Source: Lama glama (taxonomy: Eukaryota). From it: a stretch of DNA of 64,000 bases. Made by a program: the position numbers and the translations under genes. The notes beneath the pieces are model-generated. The model did not search any database and was not told where the DNA came from. It saw only the letters and a list, made by a program, of their open reading frames with translations. The stretch covers positions 19,780,001 through 19,844,000 of the forward strand of contig CM052817.1 in the NCBI GenBank assembly GCA_028534125.1, read 5' to 3'. Positions 39,135 through 51,431 of the stretch are shown piece after piece. Position 1 is the first letter of the stretch. Each line of letters opens with the position of its first letter.

Positions 39135-39998
39135 ACTCACTTATTTGTGTATGTATTAGATGCCTACTTTGCACCATGCATTGTTCTAGGTTTTAGGGTA
39201 TACATATCAGTACAACAAAATTGATCTTTGCCCCTGTGGAAGTTATATTCTGCCAGTGGAAATTAGATGATGAATAATTAAAATAATAAAGGTGTCAATT
39301 TATGGTTGTTAGAAAGTGGAAAGAACTGTGGAGGAAAGGTGACAAAAAAGGGGTCTAGATGAATCCTATGTTCTATGCTGGAAAGAGAATTTCAGATATA
39401 AATAGGATGTTATAGGTTAGCCTCATCACATAATGACATTTGGGTAATGGCTTTTGTAGGTGAGGGTGTTGTTCAGGTGGATAGCTGGTGTCAGTGAATT
39501 CCAGGCAGAGGAGTGTCTGATTTAAAGCTCTAAATTAAGGATGTGCCTGGAGTGGTGAAGAGTCAGCAAGATTAGTTGTGTAGCTAGAGTGAAATGTTTG
39601 GAGTGAATGGGGACTGTAGTGAGAACAGAGATCCAAATAATGGGGTAAGAAACAGATTATGTTGCGTTTATGGACCATTGTAGTGACTTTGTGTTTATAC
39701 TCAATGGTAAGATGAGTACTTGCAGGCTTTTAATCAGCATATTGCCATGACCTGTCTTAACAGTTTAAAGGATGACTTGGTCTTTGTGTTGAAAACTGAA
39801 TACATATGGACCAGAAAAGAAGGATGTGTTAAGAAGCTATTACAATAAGCCAGATAAGTATTGATGATGGCTTAAACCAATGTAATAGCAGTAGAAAAAT
39901 GTAATTATTTTCAAGTAGAGTCAAAATAATTTATCAACGTATTAAATGTGGAACATGAGAGACAGGGCAGCCAAGAATGATTCCAAGGACTCTAGCCT
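39135..39998 (-). mobile_element. L2 LINE fragment
   Basis: TGCCTACTTTGCACCATGCATTGTTCTAGG..GCCCCTGTGGAAGTTATATTCT..TTCCAGGCAGAGG..CCAAGAATGATTCCAAGG. Confidence 0.8.
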
Positions 39999-40009
39999 CC
40001 TACATTTAG

Positions 40010-40472
40010 TGCCTAGAGTTCCTATCAGTGAGACCTATAAATGTCACCTTACATGGGGAAAAGGTTTTGCGGGTGCCATTAAATTAAGAATCTCAAGATG
40101 GGGAAATTATTCTGGGTTTTCTGGATAGGCCCTAAATGCAATTACATGCATCATAAAAGAGGGGAGGTTTTACATACAAACACACAAAGAGAGGAAGTGA
40201 AGATGAAACAGAAATTTGAAGATGCTAGCCTTGAAGACTGCAGTGATGCATATGCAAGCCAAGGAGTGCTGGCAGCCACAAGAAGCCAGAAGAAGCAAGA
40301 AACAGTTTTCCTCTAGAGCCTCTAGAGGGTATATTTTCTTACCAATACCTTGATTTTGACCCAATGATATCAATTTTGGACTTCTGGCACCCAGAACTGT
40401 AAGATAATTTCTGTGGCTTTAAGGCACCAAGTTTGTGGTAATTCGTTACAGCAGCCACAGAAAACAAATACA
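40010..40472 (+). mobile_element. MaLR LTR (MLT1C-like)
   Basis: ATGTCACCTTACATGG..CTTCTGGCACCCAGAACTGTAAGA..GTTTGTGGTAATTCGTTACAGCAGCCACAGAAAACAAATACA. Confidence 0.85.
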
Positions 40473-41069
40473 GATACTCCAAATTGGTGTACATTGTACT
40501 CCAAATTGGTAGTAAAAATTGCAAGTCCCATGGTAATATATGAAAGACCACATTGTTCTACAATGTTGTCAACATTTGGTACCATCACATTTGAAAAAAA
40601 ATTTGCTAATCTGACTGGTGAGAAGTTCCAACCATTTTTGTTTTAATTATACTTTCCCTGTTAATACTCAGACGGAGTGTATTTGCATGTGATTATTGAC
40701 CATTTGTATTTCCTGTCATGACCTTTGTATTTTTCTTTTTGATTTATAAGAATTCTCTATGTATTCTGCCTGCTATATAATTAAAATTTTTTTCCATAAT
40801 GGGGTCATCCGAAAGATTGCATTTTTGATTTAGAATATTTCTTTGTTTATTCCTAACTTTTGAATTTATTGTTTTCTTTTACTTTGTTTTACATGATATG
40901 CCCCATATATAAACATATTTTTATATTTATTTTTTATAGTTTCACAATTTCTTTAAATGTTTAGACCTTAGGAATTTTTTTTTAATTATATGAGCTACTG
41001 ATATGAATGATTTTTACCTCAGACAGACAATTTGCTTTAAGATGATTACTGGATAGTATATTCCTTTTG

Positions 41070-41738
41070 TGTGGGAGCCCATGATTGGGTTAACAAATTG
41101 TAACAGACCCCAGCCACTTGTCTCCTTAAAGAAGAGCAAATGTGCTTAGTAGGCTTTAGGTAGCACTCTGTTCCTTGCAAAGCAATGACCCAGGACCTTG
41201 GCTATAAATGCTGGGCATGCCTGCTGTTAGATAGTCTTCTATCCCCAAAACAGCCTTGGGCTGGAATGGTAAACAAGTTATAAAAAGCTGCAGACTCAGA
41301 GGTGAGGAGGCTGGTTAGCCAGTGACGGGTAAGATCCCCTGAGGGGGGCAACCTAAGACAGGCACAGCCGCCTGAGTCCAAGAAAAATGTTGTTAAGCAG
41401 CTGTTTCTCATACATTCCGCCCTGATAAGCTGTAAGTCTCGCTGGTGCCAACACGAACATGATTTACCAAAATATAAAGGGTCTTCTGACCTTGAGCCAG
41501 ATGCCAACAATAAACAAAGCCTTTGTACTCATTGTGATTCCACTCTGTCCTTCCCTAAATTCCTGCATCACACAACCATTAGTGATTTCTCCTTTGATTG
41601 TACACAATAAATATGGGAGCATTTGAGAGGTTCGTGGAGTTGGCTCCTGACTCCCTCTCGCTCTCTTGACTTTTTCCACGGAGTCTCAAGTAATTCATTC
41701 CATCTTGGCCAGAACACACAACTGGTGATGAACCCACA
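41070..41738 (+). mobile_element. Solo class II (ERVK/betaretrovirus-like) LTR, 669 bp
   Basis: Inverted termini TGTGGG...CCCACA, perfect 6-bp TSD CTTTTG (41064-41069, 41739-41744), TATAAA 41473, AATAAA 41509 and 41606. Confidence 0.9.
41293..41378 (+). promoter_or_regulatory. CTE-like (NXF1/TAP-binding) RNA export hairpin in the LTR
   Basis: GCCAGTGACGGGTAAG and AACCTAAGACAGGC on opposite arms of a GC-rich stem-loop, as in the MPMV/SRV CTE internal loop. Confidence 0.8.
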
Positions 41739-42779
41739 CTTTTGCACTGATTTGAAGTACAAACTTCATTATACAATAGTTAGATTTTCATTTTTTGCTT
41801 TCACTGATCCATTTAATTATCTTTCCTCAAGAATCACATTATTTAATTTTATATAGATGTATGATACACTTTTTATATATAAAAGGTCAATTCCCCTTTC
41901 TGTTTCTCCTTTTAAAAAAATTGTCTTCGAGTACAATTTTGGTATTTACTCTTCCATAAAAATGTTACTCTTCAGTATTTACTCATACATACAAATTTTA
42001 GAATTTTATCAGTAGCTCAGGAGCTCTAGAAAAATAATTTGGATGCATTGATGAAGCACTTGATTTATGTATTAGCTGGACAGAAAAAAATGTTTATTTA
42101 GTTATCACAGTCTAAATTAAAGTATTTAATGTATATTTTAAAATTTTTCTTATTTGATTAGTATTTTGAGAGCTGAGAGAATATATTATTTCAAAGTGTT
42201 CATATTTTATAAAAATAAACACAATATTAATTTTATTATAATTGTGTATATATCATTGACTCTAAAGTATGAATTTTAATGGCCAATCCTATTTACAAAC
42301 AATTGAACAAAGAAAAAAAATCATCTCAACTACACTATGAGACAATCTCTTTATCATATGTGTTTATTTTCTAAAAGAGCTGTTTTCAACTTAATTAGAT
42401 ATATGGTTATACATAATTTTTGCATATACCTTAAAAAGGCAGCATAAGTGAATTGAATTAAGATTTTCCTAAACTCTTTCACTTCTATAGTATAAATTTA
42501 TCTTTTTAACTCATGAGCCTCATGTCCATGTTTTTAAACACAATGTCATCCTGAATGCCATCAAGCCCACTGTGATATGGCATTTGTTGAAATAGTCCAT
42601 AAAAGGGCAGAAGCCATTAGGTTCTGTGTCATTAAGCTAGTTTTGCCTTTGTGGAGATCTCATCATCTTTTGGCTCTGATGCTGACATGCTGCTGAACAT
42701 ATCTGATTCATCACCTCCCACAAGTAGTCATTCCTGTAGGGTAAAAGACACCTCCACTATTATCTGTAAGTTTTTTTTT

Positions 42780-43279
42780 NNNNNNNNNNNNNNNNNNNNN
42801 NNNNNNNNNNNNNNNNNNNNNNNNNNNNNNNNNNNNNNNNNNNNNNNNNNNNNNNNNNNNNNNNNNNNNNNNNNNNNNNNNNNNNNNNNNNNNNNNNNNN
42901 NNNNNNNNNNNNNNNNNNNNNNNNNNNNNNNNNNNNNNNNNNNNNNNNNNNNNNNNNNNNNNNNNNNNNNNNNNNNNNNNNNNNNNNNNNNNNNNNNNNN
43001 NNNNNNNNNNNNNNNNNNNNNNNNNNNNNNNNNNNNNNNNNNNNNNNNNNNNNNNNNNNNNNNNNNNNNNNNNNNNNNNNNNNNNNNNNNNNNNNNNNNN
43101 NNNNNNNNNNNNNNNNNNNNNNNNNNNNNNNNNNNNNNNNNNNNNNNNNNNNNNNNNNNNNNNNNNNNNNNNNNNNNNNNNNNNNNNNNNNNNNNNNNNN
43201 NNNNNNNNNNNNNNNNNNNNNNNNNNNNNNNNNNNNNNNNNNNNNNNNNNNNNNNNNNNNNNNNNNNNNNNNNNNNNNN
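42780..43279. other. Assembly gap (500 N)
   Basis: N run. Confidence 1.
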
Positions 43280-43479
43280 AAAAAAAATGTTTGCAGTTTG
43301 GTGACATCTCCCTTATTTGAATGTTTGCTGAAAGTTCCTCTTTTTTAAAGAAAATATAGAATGAGCTGTGTAACAGCCAACCTAATAAACATGCTTCTGG
43401 GAGGGGTTTACAACCTCAAAATGAATAAACAGATGGGAGCTCTGACTCTGACAATATGTAAAAATATTAATTTAACTAT

Positions 43480-45830
43480 GTCTTTTGGTTCCTATTTCAC
43501 AGAATATCAAGAACCTATGTTAGGAAGATTTACCCAGTCAAATCCAGAGAACACTGACAAATTGTAATATGAATGAACATCGTGTGGCCATGAATTATGA
43601 AGATGAAGGTATACAAAGGGTACTAGGATACAGTGGTAGAAGGATGCCTGCTGCATGACCCACTGTCATGACATTATGTATAAAATTAACTATTGGGCAC
43701 TGGAAAGGTTGAAGAAGCAATTGGTACATTTGAGTCACTGACACAGGAATGGATATAACTTGGTGGTCTTACATTCTTGAGGATAAAAGGTAAGAAATTT
43801 CATGTGAGTGGTTATGGGAAATAATACTATGTTATACTGAAATCAAAGTCAATTTGGGAGTGACTACTACTCATTATCTATATTTTCTGATCTCTGGGGT
43901 CTCAGAAATGTGGAGTTCCATTTTAGTTCTTGATTTCAATACAGAAGTTAGTACCCAGTGACAGCAATAGGTCTAGTGGATCAGAAAATTTGGCCCATTT
44001 GACATGACAGTTTTAGCTGAATTTGGATTGGAGATGGGAGTATTGGCTAGTTAAAATTCTCTTTTAATGAGAAAGCATATACCAAAATATAAAGATATTC
44101 TGACACTCATAGGACATCTTGAAAGCAAGCATTCTATTCTATATGGACAAAGATGGCAAGCCACTTGGAAAGACAAAATGGTCCAAATAAACTGGGCTTT
44201 GCAATTTGACCATGTATTAAAATAATAAACCCAGAGGTGGAAGCAAGCCCATCCACCGAAATGACCTGGAATAATAGATATGGTGATTCTAAATAATAGA
44301 TCTGAAATATTCTAGACAAAATGTCTGGTGATTCTAAAAGAAATCTAAGGTATGTACTTATAGAAGATTTATGAGACAGCTAGTTTGTGGAGATTTTTAA
44401 GTGGAAAATATTATCTATTGAGAGTCTCTTGAACAATTTTAGTGCCACAGCTGATGGCCAACCACTCTTTACCCATGAGGAACAACTGGATATTTTAGAC
44501 AAATCTTAAAAAAAAAAAAAACTAGAATACTTCCTATGGGAAATAGAAGCTCCCTGGCATGAGATCCTTCTTACTGGAAACAAATATGTGTTAAATTACA
44601 TAATGTTAGAAAAGGAATTTTGCTGTGTGTTCAAGACTTTGGAATTCTCATATAGCAGTCATGACATCTAAACTATATTACTATGAGAAATTATGTATTG
44701 TAGATATGGTTGGATGGGACAAAATAAAAGTACTGTAATTATGTCAAGCTTATATTTTGATAATTACTGGAATATTACATAGCAGTATTATATAGGGAAA
44801 TACAGGAATCACAAGTAAAATTAATAGTAGAAAAGTCAGAAAAATCTTATTGTAATACTAGTGCTGATGATCAAATGTATTGAAAGATTGAATCAAAACC
44901 CTCTGAAGATATTACTTATATGGGGAATTGACCTGAAACAGATTTAAATGTGATTAATATTAGCTTGATTATGGTTCTTAATTATACAGCAAATGCATGC
45001 CTAAAAGTAGAGAAAACTTTAGATTTGGGAAGAAAAAATTTATAAAATTATTATAAAAGCAAATTTCATAAAGTTTATGTTGGTCTTATTGATGCTTAGC
45101 TTCTGTTTAACTTCATATCATTAGTTATTTCAAAATTTTTTATCTATATATGCATTTTGATTATATAATTGATTGCATGATGCTGTAAGAGCAATTGTTT
45201 TATCATAAAAAAGCCTTTGTCCATAGGTCAGTGGGGGTGAACTATGATGTTAGAATTTATTCCAGCAGATCTGGGATTAGCATGAGCTATTTTGCAGAAG
45301 TAGAGATGTCTACTGGAGGCCGACCTCTGATCATGCACAAAGGTACTGATTGACAGTCCACTGGATCTGGAACAAGTTTGGGTGTATTTTGCACCACCTA
45401 GTCAATACTATTGGTGACAGCAAATTAATGCTTTGCGCCTGGTTTAAATGAGAATCTTACGAGTTTCTGCCATTGGGGATGATCATGTAGCAGTAATGTG
45501 TCTACATGACCATCAGGACATATGAAACCCAGCCAAGACTCCATGCTGAGCTCTCTGGTTCTGAGGTGTTCTAGTTCATATGTCAGTGGTTCCAAGTCTA
45601 AGAGAAAAATGGCTCTGGTACAGTTCTGCAAATGGAGGACAATTGAAGTTTGTGCTCCATATCTCCAGATTGCCCACTGTAAGACAGCCATTGGCAACAT
45701 GGCATGTTTAACTTTATTGTTTTTTATTATGTTGTATTATTGCCCTGAACTAAATTGTAGTTTTATAAGACAGTCCATTCTAGGTCTTATTTTTCTTCTT
45801 TAACAAACCAACTCTATTTGTCTCCCACTA
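43480..45830 (+). mobile_element. Possible ancient LTR-retroelement 3' internal region, PPT and LTR (class III-like)
   Basis: A-rich, decayed-looking tract ending in a hydrophobic-coding stretch, then GTGGGGGTGAAC (resembles the ERVL PPT GGGGTGGAC) at about 45231-45242, followed by a compositionally distinct ~590-bp block. Confidence 0.4.
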
Positions 45831-46076
45831 TTAGTGCAGTTGACTTATTAGTTCTAAATCTTTCTCATTTTTTAAAAAACTAATTTGGTGATGCTTTAGG
45901 GTTTAGAGTATACACATATAACATATCACAGTCTACTGTAAGTGATATATCACTTTATGAATAATAGAACATTATTAAAATATAGTTTCATTATCTCATT
46001 TTCAGTGTTTGTGCTATTATTCTCATATACTTATAATACTTATATGTTATAAACTCCATAATATAATTTTATTATA

Positions 46077-46308
46077 CAATTGACCTTTGAAAAACATAGG
46101 TTTAAACTGTGTGGGTCTACTTATATGTGGATTTTTTCATAGTAAATAGTATACTACTACATGATCTGTGACTTTTTGAATTCACAGGTGCTGAACCATG
46201 GATATGGAGGAATCATGGCTATAGAGGGCTGACTGTAAGTTATAGGTGGATTTTCAACTGCATGGAAGTTGGGTGCCCCTAACCTCTGGATTGTTCAAGG
46301 GTCAGCTG
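46077..46308. mobile_element. MER8/Tigger2-derived MITE (TcMar-Tigger)
   Basis: TIRs CAATTGACCTTTGAAAAA / TTGTTCAAGGGTCAGCTG, TA TSD on both sides. Confidence 0.9.
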
Positions 46309-47160
46309 TATTTGCTTCAAAGTTTCAATTATCAGCTTAAAATACTTTAAAATATGAAAAATAGGTTTAATGTTTATATACATTGTTACCTTTTTTGGTG
46401 TTCTTTGTTGCTTTGTAAAATACAGATTTTTATGTTATTACTTTCCTCCTATGTGAAGGAATTCCTCCAACTTGTGCTTTCAAGTTCTTTATACTTTTCA
46501 AGATCAATGTCTTCTGACATGCATTTTACCTAATGAAAAGTCTGTTGTCCTTCTAATTGTTATTCTTCTGAATATGTCTTTTTTCTGTGGTTGCTTTAAA
46601 AATGCCTCTTTATTACTGGTTTAAGTCATTTCTTTAGATCACTTTCATGTAGTTTTCTTTTTGTTTCCTATGCTTTCAGTTTTCTAGATTCTTGGATCTG
46701 TGGGTTTATATTTTTAAGAAAGCTTAGAAAAGTTTGAGTCAATACTTTTCTCTTTTTTTGTTTTTATTTTTGTCACACTCTCACTCCTCTGCTTTGGAGA
46801 TTCAAATTACACATGTATCAGGTCGCTTGAACTTAGATTACTTCTCTAATGCTCAGATATTCTATTATTTTTTTAATTATTGAATTTTATTTATTTTATT
46901 TAAGTATTTTTTCTCTTTGCATTTCGTTTAGAGATTACTATTGGTGTGTCATTTGATTCATTAATCTTCTTTTCTGCAATCTATTGTCTGCTACTAATAC
47001 TATCCAGTTAATTTTTTATTTCAGATACTGTGTTGATGATTTTATTTCTAGAAACTCAATTTGGGCTTCTTTTATACCTTCTATGTCTCTACTTCATATC
47101 TTCAGTATTTCCTCTAGCTTTTAGAACAGTTAGGATGTAGTTATGATAATTGTTTTTGTA

Positions 47161-47314
47161 TGTTTAGTTTGCTTTTGGGGGTAATTAAGTTCAGTTATAT
47201 ATGTATTTATCTATTTTTCATTAATTTAATTTTTTAACAGAGGTACTGTGGATTGAATCCAGGAACTCAAGCATGCTAAACATGCAGTTTACCACTGTGC
47301 TATACCTTCCTCCC
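47161..47314 (-). mobile_element. Camelid tRNA-Ala-derived SINE (vic-1 type), more diverged copy
   Basis: GAGGTACTGTGGATTGAATCCAGG..GCATGCTAAACATGC..TACCACTGTGCTATACC; TSD AATTGTTTTTGTA/AATTATTTTTATA. Confidence 0.88.
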
Positions 47315-47829
47315 AATTATTTTTATATACTTTTCAACTCTTTCTAATATCTGTGCTAGTTCTGCATCATTTTTGATTAATTGTTTTTCTCTTTATTTTG
47401 GGCTGTATTTTCCTGCTTCTTGACATGTATAATAATTATTGATTGGATATCAGAAATTATGAATTTTATCTATTGAACACTTTATATTTTATACTCCTAT
47501 AAATACCGTTATTTGTTCTGAATTGCAGTTAATTTACTTGGAAGCAGTTTGGTCCTTCTAAGACTATGTTCTGAGCTTTGTTAGTGGAACCAGAGAAGCT
47601 TTGGTTTAAAATTATCCCCCCTAAAAAGACAAGACTTTCCTGATTATCCAATGCCTCATTAATTGTGATTTTTTTCACTATTTATGCTGAGGACATGAAT
47701 TACTCCCCACCTTTGGGTTGGTTCTACCTATTCCTTTTTGATGATTGTTTCCATGAGCTTTGTGTAGCTTTCTCATACACATGAAATGATCAGTACTCTG
47801 AAGATAACACAGGAGAAAATGTAAATCAT

Positions 47830-48930
47830 ATCAGAGTATGGTGATGATTTTTTAGATACAACACACATAAAAAAGATCCATGAAAACAGTAAATTATGAG
47901 GTAAATTTCATTAAATTATAAATTTATGCTCTGTGAAAGACAATGTCAAGAGAATAAGAAGGAAAGCTTTAAACTGGGAGGAAGTATCCTGGGAAAATCA
48001 CACCCCAGTCTGGGATCTACCACTTCACAGACTGGGAGAGCACATCATATTTGATCAGAGGAATGCAAATTAAAACAATGAGATACTGCTATAAACCTAT
48101 TAGAGTGACCAAAATCCAAAACACTGGCAACACCAAATGATGGCTATGTTGTGGAATAACAGGAACTCTCATACTTTGCTGGTGGTGATGCAAAATGGTA
48201 CAGCCAATATGGAAGACACTTTGGTTGTTTCTTACAAAACTAAACACACCTTTACTATATGACTCTACAAGCAAGCCCCTTGGTATTTACACAAATGATT
48301 TGAAAACTTATGTTTATATCCCTGCACATGGATGTTTATAGCAGCATTATTCATAATTGCCAAAAATTTGAAGCAACCAACATGTCCTTCACTTGGTGAT
48401 TAAGTATGGTACATCCAGACAATGTAATATTATTCAGTGGTACAAGGAAATGAGCTACTAAGCCATGAAAAAACATAGAGGATCCCTAAATGCATATTAC
48501 TAAATTAAAGAAACCAATTTGAGAAGACTACTGTATGATTCCAACTATATGACATTCTGGAAATGGTTCCACTATGGAAACAATAAAAAGACCAGTGGTT
48601 GCTGGACTAGAGATTATGAATAGGCAGAACACAGAGTGCTTTTAGAAAAGTGAAAATACTATGCCTGATATTATAATGATTGATACATGTCATAATACAT
48701 TTGTTCAGACCCATTGAATGTGCAGCACCAAGAGTGAATCCTTAAGTAAACTATAGGTTTAGGATGATTATGATGTGTAAATGTAGGTTCATCCCTGGTA
48801 AAAATGTACAATTTTTGGTGAGTAATGTTGATGATCAGGGAGGCTATGCGTGTATGAAGGTGAGGGTATATAGGAAATCCATGTACCTTTCTCTGAATTT
48901 TATTGTAAACTTAAAATGATGGTAAAAACT
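47830..48930 (+). mobile_element. L1MC1/2-like 3' end
   Basis: ORF2 end motifs plus 3'UTR GACCCATTGAATGTGCAGCACCAAGAGTGAATCC..TAAACTATAGG..ATGTAGGTTCATC. Confidence 0.85.
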
Positions 48931-49364
48931 CAGTCAGTATCTGGAAATTCAAAATAATATATTGGCCAATTTATTTTGCTACAACCATTTTTTATTCCTT
49001 TGTTCCAACTTTAAAATAAATAGTAAATCTGATCAAAGAAGTGAAAGACTTATACAGAGAACTACAAAACATTGACTAAGGAAATTAAAGATGACTTAAA
49101 TAAATTGAAAGATATACTATGACCTTGGATTGGAAGAATTAATATTGTTAAAATGGCCACACTACCCAAAATAATCTACAGATTTAATGTGATCCCTATC
49201 AAATTACCCAGGGCACTTTTCACAGGACTAGAAGAAGTAATCCTAAAATTTATATGAAATCACAAAGACTCAGAATTGCCAAAACAATGCTGAAGAAAAA
49301 GAAGAAAGCTAGAGGAATAACGCTTCCAGACTTCAGATAATACTACAGAGCGACAGTAATCAAA

Positions 49365-49586
49365 CAAACAAAAATACTATAGAGCTAGAGTAAACAGATA
49401 AAAAAATGATTTAAAAACTCAATTGTCTTCTGTATAGCACAGAGAACTATATTTAATATCTTGAAATAAACTGTAATGAAAAAGAATATGAAAATGAATA
49501 TATGTATGTATATGCATGACTGGGACATTTTGCTGTACACCAGAAACTGACACATTGTACTTGACTATACTTCAATAAAAAAAAAA
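49365..49586 (+). mobile_element. Short L1 3'UTR tail nested inside L1 ORF2
   Basis: TGTATAGCACAGAGAACTATATT..GCTGTACACCAGAAACTGACAC..polyA interrupts ...CAGTAATCAAA|AGCATGGTATTGG. Confidence 0.85.
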
Positions 49587-50594
49587 GCATGGTATTGGTA
49601 CAAGACAGACGTATGGATCAATGGAACAGAATAGAGAGCCCAGAAATAAGCTCACAGACTCTTTGTCAATTAATGTTTGACAAAGGAAGCAAGAATATAC
49701 AATGAGAAAAAGACAGAGTCTTCAGCAAATGGTGCTGGGAAAATTGAACAACTGCATGTAAATCAATGTAGTTAGAACACTCCCCAACACCATACACAAA
49801 AGTAAACTCAAAGTGGCTTAGGACTTAAACATAAGACAAGGCACTATAAACCTTCTAGAAGAAAACATAGACAAAACAGTCTGACATAAGTCTTAGCAAT
49901 GTTTTCTTAGTTGAATCTACTCAGGCAATAGAACAAAAGTAAAAATAAACAAATGGGATCTAGTTAAACTTGTAAGATTTTGCACAGCAAAGGAAACCTT
50001 AATCAAAACAGAAAGACAACCTATAGAATGGAAGAAAATGTTTGCAAAAGATAAGACTGACAAGGGCTTAATTTCCAGAATATATAAACAGCTCGTACAA
50101 CACAATAAGAAAAAAAAAACAAACAACCCAATCCAAAAATGGACAGAAGAGATGTAAACAATCAATTTTCCAATGAAGACATATAAATGGCCAATAGGCA
50201 CATGAAAAAATGCTCACTATCACTAATTATCAGAGAAATGCAAATCAAAACTACAATGAGATATCACCTCACACCAGTCAGAATGGCCATCATTCAAAAG
50301 GCCACAAATGATAAATGCTGGAGAGGGTGTGGATAAAAGGGAACACTTCTACACTGCTGGTGGGAATGTAGTTTGGTGCAGGCATTATGGAAAATAGTAT
50401 GGAGATTCCACAAAAGACTAAAATTAAACTTACCATATGATCCTGAAGTCCTACTCCTGGGCATATATTTGGAGGGAACTTTAATTCAAAAAGATACATG
50501 CACCCCAGTATTCATAGCAGCACTATTTACAATAGCCAAGACATGGTCACAATGTAAAGGTTCATTGACAGATGACTGGATAAAGAAGTTGTGG

Positions 50595-50597
<3 letters not shown>

Positions 50598-50652
<55 letters not shown>
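50598..50652. repeat. (CA)n microsatellite inside L1
   Basis: Pure run of about 27 units. Confidence 0.97.
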
Positions 50653-50656
<4 letters not shown>

Positions 50657-50759
50657 AGAATACTACTCAGCCATAAAAAATAATTTAAAAATGCTATTTG
50701 CAGGATCATGGATGGACCTGGAGATTGTAATTGTAAGTGAAGTAAGCCAGAAAGAGAAA

Positions 50760-50859
50760 NNNNNNNNNNNNNNNNNNNNNNNNNNNNNNNNNNNNNNNNN
50801 NNNNNNNNNNNNNNNNNNNNNNNNNNNNNNNNNNNNNNNNNNNNNNNNNNNNNNNNNNN
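50760..50859. other. Assembly gap (100 N)
   Basis: N run flanked by a duplicated 75-bp sequence. Confidence 1.
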
Positions 50860-51431
50860 TTAAAAATGCTATTTGCAGGATCATGGATGGACCTGGAGAT
50901 TGTCATTGTAAGTGAAGTAAGCCAGAAAGAGAAAGAAAAATGCCATGTATCACTTATATATGGATCAAAAAAAAAAAGGCAAATGAACTAATTCACAAAA
51001 CAGAAACAGACTCACAGACATAGAAAACAAACTTATGATTACCAGAGAGGAAGAGGGTGGAAAGGGATAAATTGGCAGTTTGAGATTCACAAATACTGAC
51101 TACTATATATAAAATAGATAAACAACAAGTTTATACTGTATAGCACAGGGAACTATATTCAATATCTTGTCATAACCTATAATGAAAAAGAATATGAAAC
51201 AAATGTATTGTTAGTATATGTACAACTGAACTATTACTCTGTACACCAGAAATTGACACAACATTGTAAACTGAATATACTCCTATAAAAAAAACAAAAA
51301 TAATAAAGTAAATGATGTCAAGCACATAGCACTGTCTTCTCCATCAACTTTAAACAATGTGGCTCAGACCATCTCTCTGAAGTACAGTGTAATGTGGTAA
51401 GTAGACCTACTATCAAGCACTCATTGTCAGT

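Larger units (their letters stand above)
40475..42100 (-). mobile_element. Very degraded L1M ORF2 fragments, interrupted by the ERVK LTR
   Basis: T-rich strand; TTTGCTAATCTGA, TTGACCATTTGTATTTCC, TTGATTTATAAGAATTCTCTATGTATTCTG. Confidence 0.5.
45870..47810 (-). mobile_element. Ancient L1M (ORF1/inter-ORF region), host to a Tigger MITE and a SINE
   Basis: TTCTTGGATCTGTGGGTTTATA, ATTCAAATTACACATGTAT, CATTAATCTTCTTTTCTGCAAT, TATTTTCCTGCTTCTT. Confidence 0.75.
49029..51300 (+). mobile_element. 5'-truncated younger L1 (ORF2 3' part, 3'UTR, A-tail), decayed
   Basis: [42 protein letters not shown] motifs; approximate TSD AAAATAAATAGTAAAT/AAAATAATAAAGTAAAT. Confidence 0.95.
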
